From IMG/VR virus record IMGVR_UViG_3300020045_009706, positions 1 to 57,878 of that record: a stretch of 57,878 nucleotides of DNA; one strand, given 5' to 3'. Shown one piece after another: positions 19,235 through 29,256 of the stretch (positions within the stretch are counted from its first letter, which is position 1; each line of letters begins with the position of its first letter). The stretch is from a virus. Taxonomy: Duplodnaviria; Caudoviricetes. The notes under the pieces are model-generated. The model was given only the letters and a program-made list of their open reading frames with translations, was not told the origin of the DNA and ran no database searches. Position numbers and translations under genes: made by a program.

Positions 19235-19939
19235 TTATTTCAAACTACGGAGGTAGTCTATTGCCGTACTGAATGCACTCGGATCAGGTCTTGCACCTGT
19301 CGCTCCATGAGTCACACTCACAGGGTCATTTCGTTTCTGAATATTTTGGACAGTTGCAGTCTGAGTCTTTTTAACGATCTCAGCCATATCTTTCATATTC
19401 GCATGAGCAACTTTTAGATCTTGGAATCCATACTTAACAGCATGGGCAAAGAGAGCATTTTCATTCAAGTTAGGATCGGCTGCCTTCAACTCAGTCAGTT
19501 GAGTTGCAACTGCGGTTTCGATAGCTGTTCTGTGTTCTTTTGTTTCCTGCTCTTCACGCTGTAGATCGTTTCGTACCTCTGCTTTCGCAGCTTCGATGAT
19601 CTCAGCGTAAGTCTTTGGTTGCCAGTTCGGGTCTTTATAATACTCCGTAGGCTTATTATCTTCTGGTAATCCAGTTGGTGTTCCTCCTCTTTCAATTTGG
19701 GCTACCTTCTGGGATTTGCGAGTATAGTCAGGAAGAAAGTTCTCTTTCCATTCCTTTGTAAGTGTCGCAGCATCAACCTTTCTACCGTCAGGAAGTTCGT
19801 AAAGTTCTTCCACTGGCACGGATGGTTGCTCCGTTTCTACTTTCTCAGTAGTAGTTACTGGCTCTGTCGGCTCACTTGGTGTTTCTTCAACACTGGGAGT
19901 TACGACTGCGATAGACTCTCCTTCTATTTCGTCTGCCAT
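19235..19939 (-). CDS. Capsid scaffolding protein
   Basis: Acidic N-terminus, DYTRKSQ motif, between portal and capsid. Confidence 0.75.
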   Translation of the reverse strand: MADEIEGESIAVVTPSVEETPSEPTEPVTTTEKVETEQPSVPVEELYELPDGRKVDAATLTKEWKENFLPDYTRKSQKVAQIERGGTPTGLPEDNKPTEYYKDPNWQPKTYAEIIEAAKAEVRNDLQREEQETKEHRTAIETAVATQLTELKAADPNLNENALFAHAVKYGFQDLKVAHANMKDMAEIVKKTQTATVQNIQKRNDPVSVTHGATGARPDPSAFSTAIDYLRSLK

Positions 19940-20050
19940 AATTTTAGGACTGCCCTTTTCTCAACTTGGTCTATTGACTGAAGAGAACTTGCTTGGTCTA
20001 ATTAGGTTGTTAATTTGTGAAAGTTTAACGACATTTCACAAGTCAAATCC

Positions 20051-22108
20051 TTATTTCTTTTTTGTAGGTTCAGATTTATCTGCTTGTTTCTCAGCCATCA
20101 TCTGACCATGCTCCTGACCCGTCTTTTTCAGATCAAATTCCCTATTTTTGTCCTCATGCACAGCCTGCTTTTCAGCAATAATTATTTCGGGATTAGCTTG
20201 AATGCCAATCTTTCCGAGAAGTTGAACTTGAGCATCAGGAGGCAAATCAGCGTAGTTTATAGTGATGGATGGAGGTTTTTCTTCAGTCTGAGGAGGTTGC
20301 AATTTCTGCTGTTCCTCCGCAGTAATACCTACTGAAACAACTGGGTTGATCTTGAACGAAACAGCATTCTTAGCCAATTCCTTTGCATTATCGTAGTTTG
20401 ATATCTCAAGATAATCAGTAAGACCAAGAGCACCTTTTTCAAAGTCATTCTGAGCCTGTTCAAACTTGAATTCATCATCGACGGGAAGAGTCTTTCCTGC
20501 TATGATCTTGACCTTGTTTCCTATCTCAATGTCATCCTGTATGAGTTCAATAACCTCACGATCTCCTTCTTTGTCAACTAATTCTGTTGAGTGATACTCG
20601 GTGTATCGAGTTTTTACCATCTGCATAGACCAGTCAAAACTCTCTTTTGCAATATAGTCTCCAACCTGTACAAATTCATTCAATCGAAGGAATGATTGTT
20701 GGATAAGAGCAAGACGACCTGCTTTAGTTTCTTGACCTTCACGTTCACCTCTAAATGCAGATGAAGCAGCCATGATATTGTCAATTTCATTTCGAGAGTC
20801 CTGCAAGTCTTTGAAGACCATGTCAGGAAGAGGATTACCTGTTTCACGTGTAACACCATCTTTCACATTCTTGCCCCAAATAACACCACGAGTTTCCCAA
20901 CGAATACGTTGAGCATCGGATTTACCCATCGTTCCTGCATCAACTTTGAGGATACCGTTGACCAGTTCACAGTTTTCCGCAATATCCATCTTTCGCTTAT
21001 CAATACCTCTCTGAAGTTCAGCCGATAGAGTAATCATGTCTGTACGACCAATTGGAGAGTTTTCGTTATTAAAAGCAGTGGCAAAGATATATGGCTTGCG
21101 TGGATTATCGAAATAGTTGAAGAAATATGGTTTGTATTTAACAGGAGCTATAGATTCAAGCCCTTCTTGAGGCATATTAGGGTCAGTAGGAGTGTTTACA
21201 GGGTTATCTACAGTTTCTCCTTCTTGAGGCTGAACTACTTGCTGTTGAGCAGTATATGAAGCCCTACGCTGCTCTTGTTCAAGTTTAATACTCTGCAAGA
21301 ATGCTCTGCGTTTTTCTCCTTGCAGAGAACCTTCACCTGTACCAAGTTGTTGCTCTTCTTCCTCAGTAATGAGTATTCCTTCCCAATCCCAATACGGATT
21401 CTTAATAGTGTCAAGGATAATATTGTCGAGTTTGAAGATAACATAGTCACCAATCCACGCTTCCTTGTATTTAACATCAGGATTCTTAATATAAAGATCA
21501 ACATCATCGAGAATCCCGTACTTCTTCATCAATTCCTCCTTTTTCTTTGGGAATCTCTCTATGACAGCACACAAATTGTCTTCAATTTCCTCGATTGCGA
21601 ACTCTGAGTCTTGTTCTTTTGTTGCATACTTGGAAAATCGAACCTTTCGGGGATCAATCGCACGAAAGTCGAAATCATTTATAAGTGGGTTCCAAAATGC
21701 TTTAATTATGATTAAACGCCCAAAATAGAGGTTTCTATACCCCTTTCTCATCGTTTCTTTGAAGTTTAAGTCGATAAATTTACTACGAAGGAAGGATTCT
21801 AGCTTACGAGCAAACTCTGCAGCATCCTCTCCGTCTCTTCCTGGAAGCATATTGATACCTGCAGGGTTAGCAATCAGTGTATTGATGACCGATTCCATGT
21901 TTACAAAGATTCTGTTGTCACGAACAATCCATTTTTGTCGAACATAAGGGAGATTATCAGTCCAATTGGACTCATTTCCATAAATAGCAGTGTTTGTATT
22001 GTAAATCGTCTTGATTTTGTCCCATAGTTCAGACGAAGAAGTCCACCTAGCTTCTACTAGTTTACTTTTTTGATCTTCTTGAAATGTTGTCAGGTCAATT
22101 TTTGCCAT
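20051..22108 (-). CDS. Portal protein
   Basis: 685 aa between TerL and scaffold; NRIFVNMES, FRAIDP, Q-rich C-terminus as in podovirus portals. Confidence 0.8.
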   Translation of the reverse strand: MAKIDLTTFQEDQKSKLVEARWTSSSELWDKIKTIYNTNTAIYGNESNWTDNLPYVRQKWIVRDNRIFVNMESVINTLIANPAGINMLPGRDGEDAAEFARKLESFLRSKFIDLNFKETMRKGYRNLYFGRLIIIKAFWNPLINDFDFRAIDPRKVRFSKYATKEQDSEFAIEEIEDNLCAVIERFPKKKEELMKKYGILDDVDLYIKNPDVKYKEAWIGDYVIFKLDNIILDTIKNPYWDWEGILITEEEEQQLGTGEGSLQGEKRRAFLQSIKLEQEQRRASYTAQQQVVQPQEGETVDNPVNTPTDPNMPQEGLESIAPVKYKPYFFNYFDNPRKPYIFATAFNNENSPIGRTDMITLSAELQRGIDKRKMDIAENCELVNGILKVDAGTMGKSDAQRIRWETRGVIWGKNVKDGVTRETGNPLPDMVFKDLQDSRNEIDNIMAASSAFRGEREGQETKAGRLALIQQSFLRLNEFVQVGDYIAKESFDWSMQMVKTRYTEYHSTELVDKEGDREVIELIQDDIEIGNKVKIIAGKTLPVDDEFKFEQAQNDFEKGALGLTDYLEISNYDNAKELAKNAVSFKINPVVSVGITAEEQQKLQPPQTEEKPPSITINYADLPPDAQVQLLGKIGIQANPEIIIAEKQAVHEDKNREFDLKKTGQEHGQMMAEKQADKSEPTKKK

Positions 22109-22191
22109 TTATATGCAAAAGAGAACACACCCTGTGGGATGTGCTCTCTTGTTTTTGTAAGTTTGAGCGATTGCTATTTAGTTATGCAAGT

Positions 22192-22241
22192 ATTATCCCT
22201 CATATAGGACAATATGTAAAGGAATTGACAAGTGTGGACAA
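22192..22241 (-). promoter_or_regulatory. Putative sigma70 promoter for the portal operon with a DnaA-box-like site
   Basis: TTTACA-17-GATAAT on minus strand; TGTGGACAA at 22233-22241. Confidence 0.4.
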
Positions 22242-22244
22242 GTA

Positions 22245-22478
22245 TTACAACACTTTCTCATTCATATTGTCAAATGGAGTAGATGCAGAGTACAAGAAAT
22301 CATTACGAGCTATTGTCCTTAATGTGCCTTTTGTATCAAAGTGTAATGTGATTGCAGCTCCTCGCTGTTCAAACACTTTTCTATCGAGTAATAGAGAGAA
22401 TAAATGATAATATTCTTGAAATTGAATGAACTTTTTTGCATCTTCAGGTGACAAATATACTATAATTTCATTATCCAT
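22245..22478 (-). CDS. Hypothetical protein
   Basis: ORF overlapping the TerL stop; start taken at MDNEII. Confidence 0.5.
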   Translation of the reverse strand: MDNEIIVYLSPEDAKKFIQFQEYYHLFSLLLDRKVFEQRGAAITLHFDTKGTLRTIARNDFLYSASTPFDNMNEKVL

Positions 22479-24030
22479 TGTTTTCAGAAAATGCTCTACT
22501 AATATCATATATATTATCGGCACCTAGGACAGTTTCGACATCTGCTCTGGTTGCTTCTCCATAGAATACACCTGCTCCTTCTCCAAGCATCGCAAGATGA
22601 CTGTAAAGATCAGCGAATACAAAATGGTCTTCCCCAGTGGTACTAACCCAAATATATCGTTCTATACCCTTATTGTTTACAACCTTTTCACGCCTCAGGG
22701 TTTCATAATGCTTGATATACAGTTGAAATTCCTTATCAGGGACAACACCTATAAGCCACTTGGCATCAACCATGTCCGTAAGATGTTTGTCCAATATGCG
22801 ATCTCTGTGCGAATATACGATTCCCTTACGTTCCCCTTCACCCCACCAAACGATTGTCTGAGGATTCTCGTTGTTCTCCTTAAAGAAGGACATTTGCATC
22901 CAAGGATATTTCTCAACATAGAACTTTGCTGCAGTATTATCAGGCATGGCATCTATAACCCCTGCAGTCGGCTTCCAAAAAGCGATGATATCATCAAGAT
23001 CGCTCCATGCTGTGAATCTACCTATCTTCAGTACCCCTTTTTCTGATCGGATCACGTAATGCTTTATATTTCCTACGTCTACACCAAGATATATCTTTCC
23101 TGTACGAATATCTTTCGGTGTCCATAGATCAGTAATTGTTGTACGTGAAACACTCAAGTCCCCAGGACTATAAGGCTTACCGAGTACAAAGTTGTTGAAA
23201 TATGCAGGATCCCCTTCTGAATCTTCAATGATTTCAGAGGCTTTAATCCAACAACACATCAAGTGAGAGATGTGGTAGCCAGAGATTGAACTGCCTGGGT
23301 TTTGAGCCACCCAACGACCATTTCTTCGCACATCATCATCAATTGGTTTCTTGCAGGCTCGACAGATATAGCATTTCTTTTCTAAGTCTATAGAATCGGG
23401 AAAGATCAGGAAGTGCTCATCTTTACAATGAGGACAAGTAATACACCACTCTTTCTGGTCTGATTTGTTCCATGCTTGATCGAGTTCATCACGTTCAACA
23501 CCTGGGTTTGAGAACAACCAACGCCCCTTGTAAGGACTTGCTTTGGTACGTGACTTATAGGTAGCAATAGTCCCTTGATCTGATCGTGAAAGTTCATCAT
23601 GCACCAACACATCTGCAGATGTGGAGATAGCAGCAGTTTTGGAGATTGTTCCCTTGTAATACAAGAATCGGCTGTTGATTTCCTTGCGTTCAATGCTGTC
23701 TGTGTCCATTCCTTTAAACTCATGACGGTTAGCTTGAAGAAACTTGTTGACCTTTGAAGCCACAAATTCCTTAACGTCATCATCAGTCGGCATCGTGTAG
23801 ATGATATTGAACTTATAGTGCTTGATACCGAACGTAACCTTAACCGTGAATGTAACGGACTTCCCCACCTGAGCACAAGCAGTGACTACAATATTTGGAT
23901 TCCAGTCACAAAGGATATCAATGAGCCATGGGCGATCTTTGAAGTCAAAAGGTTCGCCTTTCTCGTTTACTATTCCTCTCTCGACAATCCATTCGAGAAT
24001 CGAGAGGTATTGCTTGTTTTCATTGTCCAT
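22471..24030 (-). CDS. terL: Terminase large subunit, lambda GpA-like
   Basis: Walker A AQVGKS, Walker B LVHDE, CPHC/CRAC zinc finger, nuclease GVDVG, DHFVFAD. Confidence 0.9.
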   Translation of the reverse strand: MDNENKQYLSILEWIVERGIVNEKGEPFDFKDRPWLIDILCDWNPNIVVTACAQVGKSVTFTVKVTFGIKHYKFNIIYTMPTDDDVKEFVASKVNKFLQANRHEFKGMDTDSIERKEINSRFLYYKGTISKTAAISTSADVLVHDELSRSDQGTIATYKSRTKASPYKGRWLFSNPGVERDELDQAWNKSDQKEWCITCPHCKDEHFLIFPDSIDLEKKCYICRACKKPIDDDVRRNGRWVAQNPGSSISGYHISHLMCCWIKASEIIEDSEGDPAYFNNFVLGKPYSPGDLSVSRTTITDLWTPKDIRTGKIYLGVDVGNIKHYVIRSEKGVLKIGRFTAWSDLDDIIAFWKPTAGVIDAMPDNTAAKFYVEKYPWMQMSFFKENNENPQTIVWWGEGERKGIVYSHRDRILDKHLTDMVDAKWLIGVVPDKEFQLYIKHYETLRREKVVNNKGIERYIWVSTTGEDHFVFADLYSHLAMLGEGAGVFYGEATRADVETVLGADNIYDISRAFSENNG

Positions 24031-24239
24031 TATTTATATCCATGTACCGACTTAGCACTCTCAAAGGCAGATTGCCTATTGATTCGATCATAGAATTCTT
24101 GTGTTACCCAACCCATATGCCGAGCATATTTAAGATGTCTGCGTAGACATATTTCATGTCGCCAATACAGTAAGAATCTATAGAACTTCCATCTTTTCCA
24201 TATATAACTATTGAGGCTTTTCATCGTGTTCTTCGACAA
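24030..24239 (-). CDS. Hypothetical basic protein
   Basis: ORF bridging GroEL and TerL. Confidence 0.35.
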   Translation of the reverse strand: MSKNTMKSLNSYIWKRWKFYRFLLYWRHEICLRRHLKYARHMGWVTQEFYDRINRQSAFESAKSVHGYK

Positions 24240-25794
24240 TTACTGTTTCGATAGATACGAGAGAGATAGCGATTGCAGTAGCAGATTCGAGAGCAAGACG
24301 GACAACCTTGAATGGGTCAATGATACCTGCATCAAACATATTGACGATCTCCTTAGTCTTGAAGTTGAATCCCCACCCTGCATCTACATCACGAATCACA
24401 TCCTTTTCTGTCATTCCTGCATTCTTAAATTGTTGATCGTAAGAAGCTACGAGAGCATTCTTGAACATAGGTTCTGAATGTGAAAGTGCAGCACGTAGTA
24501 ATGCAGTTCCTCCACCTGGCAATATGCCTTCCTGAAGAGCAGCCTGAGTCGAATTGATAGCATTGTCTACCTTGTACTTCTTGGCATTGTAGTCTGTGTC
24601 TGTGTATGCTCCGATACGAACCACTCCAATTCCTCCTGTAAGGCACGCTAGGCGTTCATTAAGCATCGCCTTCTCATATTCACTCGTACTCGCCTCAATT
24701 GCGTTCTCAATGGTCTTTATGCGTGTTTCTAGGTCTGCTGAGGGTTGAGAGCCGATGATGGTGCAATGATCTTTCGTAATGATAACCTTTTCTGCTGATC
24801 CACATAGTTTCACATCAGCATAGTCGAGCATCATGCCTGCTTGCTCAGAGATAACAGTTGCCCCTGTAAGACAAGCCATGTCCTGCAAAAAGTCTTTTGA
24901 CTGAGATGCAGTGTATGGATTTCTGATTGCTCCGATGTCATATGTTCCTGTCTTCGTTGTTTTGGTATTCGGGTCAAAAATAGTAACAGTCTTACTTGAT
25001 TGAATGAGAGATGTAAGCCCTAAGCCATCAATGTCATCAGCAATGAACAATACGCTCTTGTTGCCAGTATTAGCGATAGAGTCCATGAGGGTCTTGATCT
25101 GCGTACCGAGTGAGATCTTTCGATCAACCAACACAATGTAGGGTGCTTCGAGTACAGTTGTCCCTTCTTCAGGATTGTTTATGAAATATTGAGATATAAG
25201 ACCCTTAATGTCGAATCGAGCACCTTTGACAACTTCCTTTGTATAGCCAATTTGAGAGCCTTTCTCTACAGTTACAATACCCTTTACGCCCACTTCCTTG
25301 ATGATCTCCGCCACCAACTTTGCTACTTCAGGATCAAGAGATGAAATGTTGGCAATTCTCTCGATGTCTTCTTCCTTCACATCCTGCTTGATAGCAGACA
25401 GGAGTTTTAATGCCTCTTCGAGACCTGCTGTAAGTCGTTCCCTAACTTCACGGATGCGAGATGAATCTTCTTCAATCTCTTTGAATGCTTCATTGACGAG
25501 AGCTTTAGTAAGTACGGTTGTTGTAGCTGTGCCATCTCCTGCTTCAGCAGAAGTGCGTAAAGCAGCCTTTCGTAGTTTCTGTAGTCCGAGGTTTTCGTAT
25601 TCATCTTTAAAATTCAAATGGTTAAGGATAGTAACACCGTCATCACATTCCACAGGATCGAGTCCTGGAATACTAATCATTGCTGCCATTCCAACAGCAC
25701 CAAGCGTAGGAGCAACGGCTGTTGCAGCACGGTCAATTCCTACCTTAATCTTCTTTCGACCTTCGCTACCAAATGTGATTTCTTTATTTTGCAT
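24208..25794 (-). CDS. groEL: Divergent chaperonin GroEL
   Basis: DGVTI, AGDGT, ERLA.LTGGIGV, EGILPGGG, GIIDP.KVVR.AL motifs. Confidence 0.93.
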   Translation of the reverse strand: MQNKEITFGSEGRKKIKVGIDRAATAVAPTLGAVGMAAMISIPGLDPVECDDGVTILNHLNFKDEYENLGLQKLRKAALRTSAEAGDGTATTTVLTKALVNEAFKEIEEDSSRIREVRERLTAGLEEALKLLSAIKQDVKEEDIERIANISSLDPEVAKLVAEIIKEVGVKGIVTVEKGSQIGYTKEVVKGARFDIKGLISQYFINNPEEGTTVLEAPYIVLVDRKISLGTQIKTLMDSIANTGNKSVLFIADDIDGLGLTSLIQSSKTVTIFDPNTKTTKTGTYDIGAIRNPYTASQSKDFLQDMACLTGATVISEQAGMMLDYADVKLCGSAEKVIITKDHCTIIGSQPSADLETRIKTIENAIEASTSEYEKAMLNERLACLTGGIGVVRIGAYTDTDYNAKKYKVDNAINSTQAALQEGILPGGGTALLRAALSHSEPMFKNALVASYDQQFKNAGMTEKDVIRDVDAGWGFNFKTKEIVNMFDAGIIDPFKVVRLALESATAIAISLVSIETVIVEEHDEKPQ

Positions 25795-26041
25795 TTCTTT
25801 TCTTTATTGCTTGCTTATATAAACTTAGTAATTTGTTGATATCATCAGTCTTCACCAATCCTTCAGACATGGGAGGAAAAGCGATGTATATGTTTGCAAT
25901 AACCGTATTGCTAATCGTAATGCCATCTTTGAGGAAACTAAAGCCTTCAGGTATACCATCTACTTGGATAGGATGCCAACCTTCTTCTTCCGCATACTTT
26001 GCGACTGCAGCCCTTGTGTTTTTATAGGGCATTACACTCAT
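25784..26041 (-). CDS. Hypothetical protein between groES and groEL
   Basis: Overlaps both neighbours. Confidence 0.5.
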   Translation of the reverse strand: MSVMPYKNTRAAVAKYAEEEGWHPIQVDGIPEGFSFLKDGITISNTVIANIYIAFPPMSEGLVKTDDINKLLSLYKQAIKKRNAK

Positions 26042-26307
26042 AAAACTTCAAGAAGATCACGAGTGTTAATGTACTTTAACTCAACGCCATCACGCTCAAT
26101 AAGATGCGTATCGGGAGAGTATTTGGCAAAGATAACGATATCTCCAACCTTAAGAGCCTGATTGCTGAGGTATACAGGATTGTCAGGGAGTTGCTCCACC
26201 TTTCCCTTATAAACTGAGCTATCTTCTACTGCGACTGCTTGAAAGCCCTCTGATACAGGCTCAAGTGCTTTGGAAACGAGAATATAATTGCTTGATAGTG
26301 ATGACAT
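26038..26307 (-). CDS. groES: Co-chaperonin GroES-like
   Basis: LKVGDIVIFAKYS...DG.E...I...DLL; upstream of groEL. Confidence 0.85.
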   Translation of the reverse strand: MSSLSSNYILVSKALEPVSEGFQAVAVEDSSVYKGKVEQLPDNPVYLSNQALKVGDIVIFAKYSPDTHLIERDGVELKYINTRDLLEVL

Positions 26308-26428
26308 TAAAATATATATCTAACTAAATCTATTAAAGGGAAGATTGGGAGGACAAACGACAGCAAGCCCCACCAAAAGCCCCATATTATGAACGTGTAC
26401 ACGATTGCGAATAGGTAGTAAATCTCTT

Positions 26429-26863
26429 TCATTTTCCGTATAGCATGTTAAACCCAGACTGGAAGGGCTGAATAATATCTGCTACGTGATTGCCTCGATC
26501 CAAAGCCAGTCGCTTTGATCTCATCCAAAAGCCATCTCGATTCTTGTCAGTTATGAGACGTATACACCAATGTCCTTCAGCACATTTAGAACGATAGAAT
26601 GCAATGCGTTGTTCAGGATTGTTCCAATCTGTCTCAATCTGTCTTACTGCCCTCCCTTTGAAGTCTTCTCTGCATTCCTGACACCAGAAGTCAGTTACGG
26701 TATAGCGTTTACTATCAAGGAGAACTGCATCACGTTCAGCTCGTTCCTTAGCCTTATCTCGATGATAGGAGCGATCATTTGAGCGTTTCTCTTGCGAGTT
26801 GATGAGGTCTTGAATGTGGTAATGGTCTTCAATTGTTGGATGTGGTGTTTGGTTGAATTTCAT
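26429..26863 (-). CDS. Hypothetical protein with CxxC/CxxxH metal-binding motifs
   Basis: FWCQEC, KCAEGHWC. Confidence 0.55.
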   Translation of the reverse strand: MKFNQTPHPTIEDHYHIQDLINSQEKRSNDRSYHRDKAKERAERDAVLLDSKRYTVTDFWCQECREDFKGRAVRQIETDWNNPEQRIAFYRSKCAEGHWCIRLITDKNRDGFWMRSKRLALDRGNHVADIIQPFQSGFNMLYGK

Positions 26864-26870
26864 AATTCCC

Positions 26871-27164
26871 TAAGTAGTAGAGTCAGTTTCGTCAATTATT
26901 TATTAAGACTTTTTAGGTAATCTGTCGGAAACCTCATGCTCCTCGACCCAGATATAACTATCATTTGGAACCATGCTCCAAATTTCTTGTCTAACGATAC
27001 TCTTCGATGCTGATTCTTGGCTCTTTTCGAGTCCCATTGCCTCTATAAATGTTAAGAGTTTTCCTTCTAGTTTGCTGATTTGTTCCTCGGTTATATAGTA
27101 ACCACCTCTTGCTTCTGTTTGTTTTGCCATGACTTTGCTGAACTACTCTTGACTCTACTACTTA
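26871..27164. repeat. Perfect 15-bp inverted repeat flanking ORF 26903..27130
   Basis: TAAGTAGTAGAGTCA (26871-26885) and TGACTCTACTACTTA (27150-27164). Confidence 0.8.
26903..27130 (-). CDS. Hypothetical protein
   Basis: 75-aa ORF co-oriented with neighbours. Confidence 0.55.
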   Translation of the reverse strand: MAKQTEARGGYYITEEQISKLEGKLLTFIEAMGLEKSQESASKSIVRQEIWSMVPNDSYIWVEEHEVSDRLPKKS

Positions 27165-27281
27165 ACGAACTATGCTTTTATTTTAATGGTTTTAGGTACA
27201 GGTCTTGAACCCTTAGTGTATAAGATATTATTGCCGAACCGATCGTAAAGCCTAGCAAGATTCTTTGATCTGCCTAACAAT

Positions 27282-27530
27282 TCATACGTCTTTGGATGAA
27301 CTGCATACCACTGACTCGACATTGGATGATGTGTGAACATTTTTACATTGAGGGAAACCTGTGTCTAAATACCATGTCTTGTCATTCGGATTGCAGAACT
27401 CACATAGACCTTTGACTTCGCATTCATCACACGCCCTAGAGCTTGATTCCCAAAAGCCTCCATAATTTTTACCAGTTGCGTAGACTCCTTGACAACATTC
27501 ACAGATTCTATGGTTCATTCTGTGCATCAT
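27282..27530 (-). CDS. Cys-rich hypothetical protein
   Basis: Several CxxC motifs; ATGA overlap with upstream ORF. Confidence 0.5.
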   Translation of the reverse strand: MMHRMNHRICECCQGVYATGKNYGGFWESSSRACDECEVKGLCEFCNPNDKTWYLDTGFPQCKNVHTSSNVESVVCSSSKDV

Positions 27531-27760
27531 GATGCGAGATATTCCCTTAAATACTTTTGTAATGCTCGACCTCTTAATGCGTAAACCTCATCAAGATCCT
27601 TTGTAATCAAACCTACAACCCTATTGAGTTCTTGGTCGTAAATTGTGCCATCAGCATAGAGACGATACTTATACGCTGAGAGTTTAGGATTGCCAATAGT
27701 AGAGCGTTGTTTACACGCCAAGCGATTGCTATACCCATTTCGATGTGAAGTAAATAACAT
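27527..27760 (-). CDS. Hypothetical protein
   Basis: Packed operon ORF. Confidence 0.45.
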   Translation of the reverse strand: MLFTSHRNGYSNRLACKQRSTIGNPKLSAYKYRLYADGTIYDQELNRVVGLITKDLDEVYALRGRALQKYLREYLAS

Positions 27761-27763
27761 ATC

Positions 27764-27970
27764 CTATAATCCAAATAAGCCTTTAATTCCTTTCTTTTCT
27801 TTCTCGTAGTCAGCAAATTCATCAGCAGATCCTTCACCAATAAAGACTGCTTTACCATCACCAACATCAGGAAGTTCAGCAACTTCTTCTTTCGTAAGAT
27901 TGATAGCCTTTTCTATATATGCAGGGTCTTTATTTGATAAAGCCCACATTCTCTTAATTCGTTGGAACAT
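27764..27970 (-). CDS. Hypothetical protein
   Basis: Overlaps TerS end. Confidence 0.5.
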   Translation of the reverse strand: MFQRIKRMWALSNKDPAYIEKAINLTKEEVAELPDVGDGKAVFIGEGSADEFADYEKEKKGIKGLFGL

Positions 27971-28547
27971 TTGGTGTATTAAGTAATCGTTGTTTTAAGA
28001 CTTCATTGATTGCATTGACTTGTTCTTGAACAGGAGCTGAGAAGATAAGATTGTAAGTGTTGATGCTTGCTGCTCTCGGTGCTTCAGATTCTTTAAAGAA
28101 ACCTTTGATCTTATAAGCCATTTCAAGAGCACCTTTGACTGCTTGAGCATCCTTGATTGAATAGAAAGCCATTTTGCCTTTATCAGACATGCGGACTGTA
28201 ATAACAGTGATTCCGACACTTTCCACATGTTCCTTGATTTCTTCATCGCTCATTGTCTTGGGAAATACGAAGTAATCAATTCTCTTTTGCTCGAATAATC
28301 CTCTGTGCTGTTTAGCAAGAAATTCATCATCCATAGCCTTATCTATTGCAGATATGATATTAGGCTTTGTCAAGTTTTCACTTGCTATAGATCGAGCAAC
28401 ATTTTCGGGGTCATTGCTTTGAATATCATAGGTTTTTAAGGCTGCCTGTTGTCCATTACCAGTCTTAATATACTCAGCAATGAACTCTTGCTGTTTCTTA
28501 GTAAGTCTAGCCTTCTTTTTCTTTGGTTTTTGGACTGTCTGTTCCAT
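27954..28547 (-). CDS. terS: Terminase small subunit
   Basis: LTKKQQEFIAEYIKTGNGQQAA...ARSIASENLTKPNI. Confidence 0.85.
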   Translation of the reverse strand: MEQTVQKPKKKKARLTKKQQEFIAEYIKTGNGQQAALKTYDIQSNDPENVARSIASENLTKPNIISAIDKAMDDEFLAKQHRGLFEQKRIDYFVFPKTMSDEEIKEHVESVGITVITVRMSDKGKMAFYSIKDAQAVKGALEMAYKIKGFFKESEAPRAASINTYNLIFSAPVQEQVNAINEVLKQRLLNTPNVPTN

Positions 28548-28779
28548 TGTCTATTGGTTGAACGTATGGAGATGGAGTGCCTGTATGTGTTGTTCCTATT
28601 TCTGCTCCTTCTGCTACGTGTTCGTTATCTGTAGGAGGTTGTTCAGGTATGAGTTTAACAATCTCAATTCGTGCTAATACTCCCATCTCAGCACCATGTT
28701 TCTCAAGCACAGCAATCATATCTTGTTCGAGTGCGATAGATTCCTCTTCTGTAAGAGGTCTTGATTTTCGTGGGTCCAT
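28507..28779 (-). CDS. Hypothetical protein
   Basis: Packed operon ORF. Confidence 0.45.
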   Translation of the reverse strand: MDPRKSRPLTEEESIALEQDMIAVLEKHGAEMGVLARIEIVKLIPEQPPTDNEHVAEGAEIGTTHTGTPSPYVQPIDNGTDSPKTKEKEG

Positions 28780-28780
28780 A

Positions 28781-29170
28781 TTATTTAAATTGACTGATTA
28801 TTTCATCAATGATTTCAGCCTCTCCGATCTTAGGAGTGTATTCAGTTTTATCCAAATACTCCTTTATTTTAGGCTGATCTGACAATTCGACCTCTTCCTC
28901 ATCCAATAATTTGATCTCAGGCATCATTTCATCCACGACTTCTCGTTTGAATTGATACTGGGTACCATTTAAGAGATCAGGAGCACCCTTTTTGTTCTTA
29001 AGACAGAACTTTAGATATATCTTTTCACGTTCTGCTATGAAAAGATCAGTTGCTTCTTTTAATTCTTTTGCAAATCGGTCACGGATTCGAGCATCCGCAA
29101 GCCCTAAAACACCTTCTGTGCCTGCCAGAGCAGACGAGAACACTTCTAAAGTAGATTTTTTTAACTTCAT
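28781..29170 (-). CDS. Hypothetical protein
   Basis: Start taken at MKLKK, downstream of the promoter at 29198-29226. Confidence 0.55.
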   Translation of the reverse strand: MKLKKSTLEVFSSALAGTEGVLGLADARIRDRFAKELKEATDLFIAEREKIYLKFCLKNKKGAPDLLNGTQYQFKREVVDEMMPEIKLLDEEEVELSDQPKIKEYLDKTEYTPKIGEAEIIDEIISQFK

Positions 29171-29197
29171 GTGTGATGAATTATTGATAATGAAGGC

Positions 29198-29249
29198 ATT
29201 ATACCACATGTATGGCAAACGCACAAAAAGCCACACCTTGTGTGGATAA
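29198..29249 (-). promoter_or_regulatory. Putative sigma70 promoter plus DnaA box
   Basis: TTGTGC-17-TATAAT with TG extension; TGTGGATAA at 29241-29249. Confidence 0.55.
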
Positions 29250-29256
29250 CTTTGTG

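Noticed and set aside
26360-26366. Isolated ACAGCAA upstream of groES
   Set aside because: Opposite strand and lacks the flanking AGA/TCTTGT stem; a 7-mer is expected by chance
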